A stretch of 64,000 nt of DNA from Callorhinchus milii (Eukaryota): contig NW_024704743.1 of NCBI RefSeq assembly GCF_018977255.1, positions 16,432,001-16,496,000 on the forward strand, written 5' to 3'. Numbering within the stretch: position 1 is the stretch's first letter; every line of letters begins with the position of its first letter. Shown here one piece after another: positions 51,301 to 60,300 of the stretch. The notes beneath the pieces were generated by a model that was given only the letters and a program-made list of their open reading frames with translations, had not been told where the DNA came from and searched no databases. The translations under genes and the position numbers were made by a program.

Positions 51301-54300
51301 TGCAGGGTCACATTCTCCCCACAGTATTTATCTGAACAGTCAAACCCTCTTGGCAAGTGCAACTTTGGTTCATAGAGTAAAGGTAGGAGAATGGATGTAA
51401 ACAAGAGTTCTTTCAGAGAGTCTGCACAGTCACAGTGGTCAGTGGCATCCATCCATTCTGTAAATTTGTATTCTAGGAAGGATTGCTCTGCAGAGATCAG
51501 CTTGTGTTTGAAAAGCTCAGGGACGATACCTTGCATGAGGGGCGCTAGATATATGCATGTTGTTGATGTTGTTGAAACGGATACAGAGGGACAATTTACC
51601 AAGTAATTACTTTTACTTGCGTGTGTCCTCTCCTTCACAGATGGCAGCAGATTAGAATACTGCAACCTTTTTAGGCACATCCTTTTACTCTTTCAATGTC
51701 TCCATAATTTTATCCCAGAGCCACATCCAATAATAATTATAATAATAATAATAATCCTTGCATTTGATATAAGGCCTCACTGCTTTGTTGAGATGTGTCA
51801 AAACAGTTCACAGAATATATTGTAAAGTGAATTGACTATATTTTGTGGGCGAAATGCAGCAGCCAATTGTGCACAGCGGTGTCCCCCAAACAGTCGTGGA
51901 TTGAGTGATAAATTATTATTATTATTTTTGCCTCTTTCTGCAGCTGTATGTTGGAAGCCTCTGTGCCCCAGATTCAATGGTTTAGCAATAATACAAGAAG
52001 TAATGCACTATTTGGGGTGAAAAATTAACATTGTTTTCTCCTGGGATTTGACCTGATCCAGTTGCTGCATTTCTCCCAAATCACTGTTTGTTTCTCTTCC
52101 CAGGCAATCAGTCAGTATTTACCCAGAGGTGACCTGCGCCTGAGAGCTGCAATCTATGAAATGATCCTTTATGAGTTTTTGGAAAGTGATTATGAGGTAC
52201 CGTTTTTTTTTGACTGCTACGGGGGTGGGGTTGGGAGTTGGGGTGGGGTCGCGGGCGGCATGTGTGTGGTGTGGCAGCTGAGCACCACACTCCTACCAGC
52301 ATGTTTGTCTTGAATCTCATTGCTGCGACTTGCTCTTCAGCTGGTGCCCTTCAGACAGAGTGTTGTATACAAATGGTTACTCAGACAATTCTGTTTGCCA
52401 AAGGCAGTTGTGGGGAAGCCCATCACCTACTTGCCCACAAATACTATCCTTCTGACGGAAGTAGTGGAACATGCATGGCAGTGAATTGAGAGCCACAGTT
52501 TGGAGGAATGAGGAATAAAGCTGTTAGACTGAGGGTCAAATTCTGCACTTGTCCATCAGGCAGCAGGGTCAGCAATCTGGAACATGAACCCTGGCCGATT
52601 TATCCCCCTCCCTGTAAACACAAGGCTTGAGCTGGATTGTACAGCTGCCCTGACTGAGAACAGACTAAGGTTGAAACCTGGGGCCGTACCATTCTTCACA
52701 GATCAGGTGCTTGTGGCTTAGGCTTATTTGAGACATCTTTGCAGCCTTTTCATTCAGGGTTTAACTCCAAAAACAGGAAACTAATCAATTTTTCAAAGTG
52801 ATATTTTTAGGTCTGAGAAAGAAATCATCTCCTTTATTTTACTTGAGCGAGATGGACAAAACCTTTGTACGCAGATATGTAACGGGTGTGTGCCAAACTG
52901 GAAATTGGATAAGATGAGATCTAATGGTGATAAGCTGATGTATTTCTGATTCAAAATGTTTCGATGAATTTTCCTATGTATTTCACAGTTGATTTTCTCG
53001 CACGTTTCAACTGATTTTTCACAGGACAAAAATCCCTCATAAGAACAAGAAATGCCCAGAAAAGGTCGGTCAGCAACCGAGAAAGATAGGAGGAAACTAG
53101 TACCTTAGCATTCAGTGTGCGCTCCTCGGTCATTTGCGCACTCGTGTTTTTTTTATATAAAAATAACTCCAATGAAAGCTATTGGTTTGGAAGAAATCCT
53201 CAGGAGGTGACTCTCAAAAGCAAAAACATTTTCTTGAGGTAAAAAGTGTGAAAGGGCTTCCCACTAGGAGAGCACAATATCGATCGAAAATCTTTAAATT
53301 TCTGGTCAGGCGTCAGTTCAGTGATGGTTTCGTTTCGGGTGGGGGGGTGGGGGGTCGCACAGGGGAAGAGGGAGTATGTATAGGTTTGGTATCACAGACC
53401 GCACACTGTGCAGAAACATTTCCAAATGCCATTTTTCTCCAGTGCTGAAAACAGTAATAGGTTAATAGCTGCTTTCAGGCCCTGAATAGCAAATTGCCAG
53501 GTACAGGGAGGCTTTGCATTTGACTAATCAAGCAAATAAAAAAATGGGGAAAAGTAGCACAAAAACATTCAGAACCTTTCCTGGTGTATTCAGATTGAAG
53601 AAGAATGTATAATAATTTTTTAAATAGAACAGTTTTGTAAACGATTGCAAGCTTCACATTTAGGTAACCTCTGTTTAGCTGTCTTGTCAAATATTTAATC
53701 AAACTGATATTGGTCAATTTGCTTATATTTGTCATAGATAGAATGATCTTTAAACTGCAACTTTAGCAATTCAGAGGTGGCTGTGAAATGCTTTATAGTG
53801 AACGCAGTTCAGTAAGGTTTCTGTAACATATTTGTCAATCTGTGCTCTCATGAGAATTGGGTATATTGTAAAAAAAAAATCTATTGTTTTTAAGGGTTTT
53901 GCATCACTGATCAGAGAATGGCCGGGCGACCTATATAACCACACGGCTGTGGTCCGAACTGTGTTAGATCATTTGGACAGGCATCCAAATAACAGAACGC
54001 TGCTGACAACTCTAGCAGAATTGTGAGTACTTTGTATGGGTACTTCATTGGATTTGTGGAGTCCTGTAGCTCAAAAGAGAATTCGCCTTGCAAGCGAGAG
54101 ACCTGGGTTCAGTTCCAAGCAGGGTGAAATGTTGGGCAAGCTTCCTTACTCCACACTCCTCTATTTACCTGGCAGAAAATAGGAACCTGGTTGTTAGTCG
54201 ATTGGTGGATCGCTTTTCTGGGGGTAATAATTTCTTCAAAAAAAAAAGTAAATTGGTCACTCAATCCACGACTGTTTGTGGGACACTGCTGTGTGTAATT

Positions 54301-57300
54301 GGCTCCTACATTTTGCCCACAAAATATACAGTCAATTCACTTTACAGTATATTCTGTGAAGTGCTTTAAGATGTCTTGAAGTCATATTAAGGTGCCATAG
54401 CAAATGCAAGGATTATTATTATTATGATTTGCAAAATGGCCTCTCAAAGTGAAGGTGGCAGGATGTGTCGCTGGCTGGCTACACTTGGATCTTAATAATA
54501 ATAAAGTTTGCATTTGATACAGCGCCTTTCATGTCTTTGAGAGACTTAAAGCACTTTACAGAATATACTCTAAAGAAGAGTGACTGTATTTTGTGGGCGC
54601 AATGCAACAGCCAGTTTCGTACAGCAGTGTCCCACAAACAGTCATGGAGTGAGTGACCAAATTTTATTTGGGGAATTTGTTGGCCAGGATACTGGGAGAA
54701 ACTCCCTTCTCTTTTCGAATAGTGGCATGGGATCTTTAAAGTCCACCTGAACAAGCAGATGGGACCTCAGTTTATTACATTATACTGTGGTTGGCCTGAG
54801 ACACAGCCACTAACTTCAGGATCGGCTGTTTGCAAATCAATTCATGAATATTGAAAAGTATTCTCCAATGATGCTCAAAGAGAACAAATGCCTTTAATAA
54901 TCATAATGGTTTCAGAGCAAACTGTTCGTGTAGCTATTATCCACCAGGCTAAACATAAAGCTGTCTTTTGCCAGTGGAGGGGGGCTGTGTGATAATTAGT
55001 CCTCTGCCTGTTTTGTTTTATTATTTTCAGGTACACATATGACCAGCGATACGATAAAGCTCTTGAAATTTACCTAAAGTTACGACATAAAGATGCTTTC
55101 CAGCTGATACACAAGCACAATCTCTTCAGCTCTATCAAAAATAAAATTGTTCTGCTCCTGGAGTTCGATACGGAGGTAGGGAACCATGTTTTGTGTGTGC
55201 TGCAGATCTTGCGTTCTGCTTCCGTGAAGGTAGAACACCATCAGTTGCTTGTTATTTGTTCTGTTTTTGTTAAAAAAAACTAAACTAGGATCTTCAACAA
55301 ACGGAAATTCTGCAAAGTTGTTTCACTCTTTCCCCGCCGACCCCAACAATGGCATTTGACTCCTTTTTCCTTTTAATGAGCTACGGTTCCTTGGGTGATG
55401 GGCAGCCTTGTACATCCATCAAGTGGCCATTGTTAATGTGTGAATATCAGTAAGCTATTCTGCTTCACAGCTGAGCCCAACCATGTTTTCACTAGACGTC
55501 AACACACAGTTCTGTTCCAGCAGGGAAATATGATACGTTTTTTTTTCCTTGACCCAGGGGACACTGAGACCAATTTCAGCACCCAACTGTTGCTCCAGCT
55601 GAGATCGCATATCAACCTTCTGTGTGTATGATTTTGTACTGCGCCAGTTATTTTTGCAAAGTTTATCCCGAACAATTCATCCAACAGAAATGTACAGGGT
55701 GACCAAAAAGTCATGGTACCATTGCAATGTCTAATAAGTCTTAAAGAAATTATGATATTTTTGTTTTGTCTAAGATGATAGAGTAGTTATAATAACTTTT
55801 TGTTCACCCTGTACTTCATTTCAAATAATGCTAAAACAGCCTTAACAATGTATAAATCTGCAAAAGAAACTTATATATTTGTATTTTTGCCCACATAATG
55901 GATGATGTATACATTAGAGTAGCTGAGGCTAAGTAAAGGTGGTGTAAACGGTAGATTAATTCCATATTTCCATTAAGACCTCAACTTACAAAAGTCTGCA
56001 AATATATCTGGGCAATCTAGCCTGCACGGCGTTTCATATCCTGGTAGAGTAAACCTCTGGGTTACCACACTCTGGGTATCCAGAATTCATACCTAACCAG
56101 ACTGCGACCAAAAGGGAAATTTTTTTAAAAATTCTGCGTTCCCATGTGTAGCCTCCTGCTAGCACACTCTCCTAGCCACACCCCCGCTTCACTATGCTGG
56201 CTGACCTTCAGTGGCCAGCGATATTGACTTGAATCCCCTGAGCAAATTATTCACCGTCTTCGGTTCGCAGAATCCAAACAATTACAATGCCTGTACCATC
56301 ATTGTAATTACACATAGCCACAAATTCCATCTCTCCGACTGGATAATAGGGTAGTTATCACAACTATTTGGGCACCCAATACTTCATATGAATAATCCCC
56401 ACCTCAATTGGTCCAGCCAGCCAGGGTTTCAGTGTACCTGATGTTTCTCAGGGAATAATGATAATCCTTACACTTGATATGGAACCTTTCATGTCAAGGG
56501 GATGTCCCAAAGTGCTTCACAGAATATACTGTAAAGTGTGTGAACTGTTTTGTGGGCGAATGCATTTATTTTTATTTGAGGTAAATATTCTGGAGCAAAT
56601 GCATTGTGAATCACCTAGACTGCTGCTTGACAAGTAACCTGCCTGAGGCCTTAATGACTGCTTTATCATTGTGTCGATTTCAACTTCTTTTTCAGAAAGC
56701 AGTGAACATGCTTCTGGACAATGAAGATAAAATTTCGGTAAGTAAGGTCCCAACTTGTCCTTGTCCTATAACTTTTGAAATGATGCTATTTAGAAAGAAT
56801 ATTCACCAAAAATAAATTGTGCAGTAAAGACTACTTTTATTAAAGTAAGAGTTGGCTGTTTTGCTAAATGTTGTTTTTTGGTTTATTTTGGTAAAGATTG
56901 ATAAAGTTGTTGAAGAACTGAAGGACCAACCAGAACTACAGCATAAGGTAAGTGTGCATTGTGTTAATATTAAAGAGCATCTCTTTTGTTTTCAGCATTA
57001 CGTTCAGTGAGTGTGGCTCATCCGTGCTGGGTACCGTTTGTACCTGTGATCGCTGATTCCCATTGCAAGATTACACCTGTAATTACAATCGTATCTATGT
57101 TGTCAGGCTTCATGACCAGCGAAAGCTTTTTTTTAATCAGGAGCTGAAAGGATGAAGTCTATGTCTCTAGATGATACGAAAAGCGTGAAGACCGAGCAAA
57201 GAGAGGAATTTCACACTCTTAATGTGCTGAACATTGCGCAATGAAGTTTAATATCTACACAGTGAGAATGCAGGACGAAGTAGAGCAAGTGGCTTCCTTG

Positions 57301-60300
57301 AACGAATGCACAACTCGAAGGAAAGATCACACTGAGCAGCTTGTCCATGACTGCTCTGATTCAGAGCAATGGCGATAAAATATATGCAGTAACTCGGCCA
57401 TGTGTGGGGTGCAGGTGGGGTAGGGGTGGTGTGTGCATGTGACGTGCACTCTTGTGCATGGAGTGCAGGTGGGACTTGTCTGTATGTGGGATGCAGGTGG
57501 ACGGGGGGCATTAGAGATGAGTGTAATAACAAAATTAAAATGTCCTATTATGCAGGAAGTATGTCGCATAATTTCTTATTTATAGAACATTTAACTAGCA
57601 CTTTGCGTGTCAAATCCTATCTTAATTCAGGATGGGCACTAATGTCTGAATTGCATGTATTATGCAGTCCTTTTCTGAGCTCAAGATGTACTGGAGCAGA
57701 AACGATGCTGCACCATACTGTGTCAGGGTGCTCACAGCACTTCAGAAAACGTCACTGAATTAGCCTTTGATCGATCCCAGTTCTTAAGTGTTGCATGAAA
57801 ATGCAGTGAATACGCTGAAGAGAATAGCACAGAGGGAATGGTCACAATTGTTGATTATTACTTGAATAATTTCTGTTGATGGAAACCGTTTTTACCGTGA
57901 AGGTTTGCCAGGGATGGCACCTCTTCACCGCCCACCCCTATCCCCAATCACACACTGACGGTAAAATCGTGACCTGCCTGATGAAAAGTCAAAGTAATGA
58001 CCTGCAGATTTTTTATGTTGTTCCTTGCACAAGAGAGAGCTAGTTCTGTTTTGTTGAGTGATGAATTTGTGGGCTTGGCAATTGCACAGGATCTTTGAGA
58101 TTGTTCAGCGCCTTAGGACGTCCTTTCCGACCGTAGCAAGTTTCTTCTTCAACCATGCGTACAGCCACCTCCCCCTCACCCCCGGCTCGGAGTCAGGCTC
58201 CGCCACTGTTAAGCCATCTGAAATGCTGCCCTGCTTGGAGGGCGCCTTATAAGTTAAATTGTTGTTGTCCTCCCGACATGAAAAGCGCTATACAAATTAA
58301 TTTTGTTGTTTTGTTGTTGTTCCTAATTACTATTCCATATTAATAATTAATGGCAACAAAACCAGAAAAGGGAAACGTGAGTAAAATTATCTGATATTTA
58401 GGCACATCTCCTGGCTTCTTCTATTATGGAGTCTTGTAGCGTAGTGGTTAGAGCACTCTCCTCGCAAGCGAGAGGACCCGAGTTTGATTCCCAGGCAGCG
58501 TTAGGCAAGTTTCCTTATTCTGTTTACCTAGCAGTAAGTAGGAATCCAGTTATTAGTCAATTGGCTGATCGCTTTTCTGGGGGCAATCATTCAAAAAAAT
58601 AAATTTTAAAGAATAATACTTTGGTCACTCAATCCACACATTTGCCCACAAAATATACAGACAATTCACTTTACAGTATATTCTGTGAAACGCTTTGAGA
58701 TGTCTCAAAATATGATGAGGAGCAATATCAGATGCAAGGATTATTATTATTTAGTAGAATTTGATGAGGAATAAATTGGTCCAGAGATCCCATATAACTG
58801 CAAAATGCATCATTTCTATTCCAACATGAAATGACTAGAGAATTATCTCTATTCACTACTCCCCACCCCCCACCACACCATAAAAAACACCTCTCTGATT
58901 TAGAGGGTGCACTGTTAATGAACAGACTTTGAGAAGCCAAGTTCTGCCAAATCTGATGGTCGTTCTCAATTCTCAATCGTGTCAGGCAAGGGTGGTGTGT
59001 GTGGGCAAAGTGAGACAAATAAGAAAATAATTCACTTAAAAAAAAAGCAAACAATTTGAAAGGTGCTGTTGAGGGAATAGACCTGGGCACAGCAGTCTTA
59101 TATTGGGCTCTGTTTCATCTCTGACTGCCTGCCTGGATAATGTGTGTGGAAGAATGGATATCCTGGACTGCGATAGAAAGCTATAACCTGGTAAAGGAGT
59201 TTACTGCTTGGCATTAGGTTACACACTAAGCTGACTCTGATATTTTATACAAGCAATATGGCTTTATTTTAAAACTGAAATATAAAATTGCTTCTCTTAC
59301 CTGATTCAGATTTTTGCTAAGTCCAGGTCTTCTATGTCATATAGTTTCCAGTGTTAAATTGGGAAGTCACCTCAAAACGGTTTGAGGTTAGCCCTACAAC
59401 TTTGTAATGTCCAAAACTGTCCGCAGTTAGATACTTCCAGTTCTTTCTCGATGGAGTTATGGATGAGCATCACTTGTTTTTGTTTGGGTCTGTGTCCCAC
59501 ATATCCATTGCCATGGGGCAGAGGGAGGAAATCATCTCTTGCTTTTTTACATTTTAAACCCATGTCCTCGTGTGGGTTTAAAATGGTAGTGAGAATGTTG
59601 AACTCATTGCCTGAAGCAGTGATTTAATTATAGGTATTATAGGTGCAGTTAAGAGGAAGCTAGATATACACATGAGGGGAAAGGGCATGGTGGGGGTAAG
59701 GAGTGGATGGGAGCCATTTGGAGCCATTATGAGATGGTTAAACATGATCACAGATTAGTTGGGCCAAATGGCTTGTTTCTTGCTATACATTCTATGTAAA
59801 TCTACATCAATAAGTCATTTTGTATCTATTTGCATCATTTCTGTGTCTCAGCATTTTCTAGTCCTGGATCATGGCCCCTTCATTTTTTTGTCTAATTTAA
59901 AAAACAGCTCAGCTTTGTAAATCTCTCCTCATAACTGAGCTTCAAGTCTCTGTCCTCCTCATTGCCTTACTCACCACCTCTGTAACATTTCTTTTGATAG
60001 TGCCAGAGTCCACAAAGGCGTTTGAATATGATGTATTTCAATGTTTCTTTATTGTGCAGCAGATCACAGATGTGTTAAATTTAGCATGTATTTGAGCCCC
60101 CCCAAAAATTGGTGATTTGCGTACATGATTCACCAATAGCAACTCTTGAGTCATTTACTGGCAATGCTTTGCATAACTGGCGTATTGCAGTCCATTCTTA
60201 GGGCCACAGCCCTCCCATTCGCCTCCGATGCTTTGCAGTGGGGTTCAGACAAGTAAGTCTACCATGGCCAATGCTGCCCATTACCAGCAACATACCCTGT

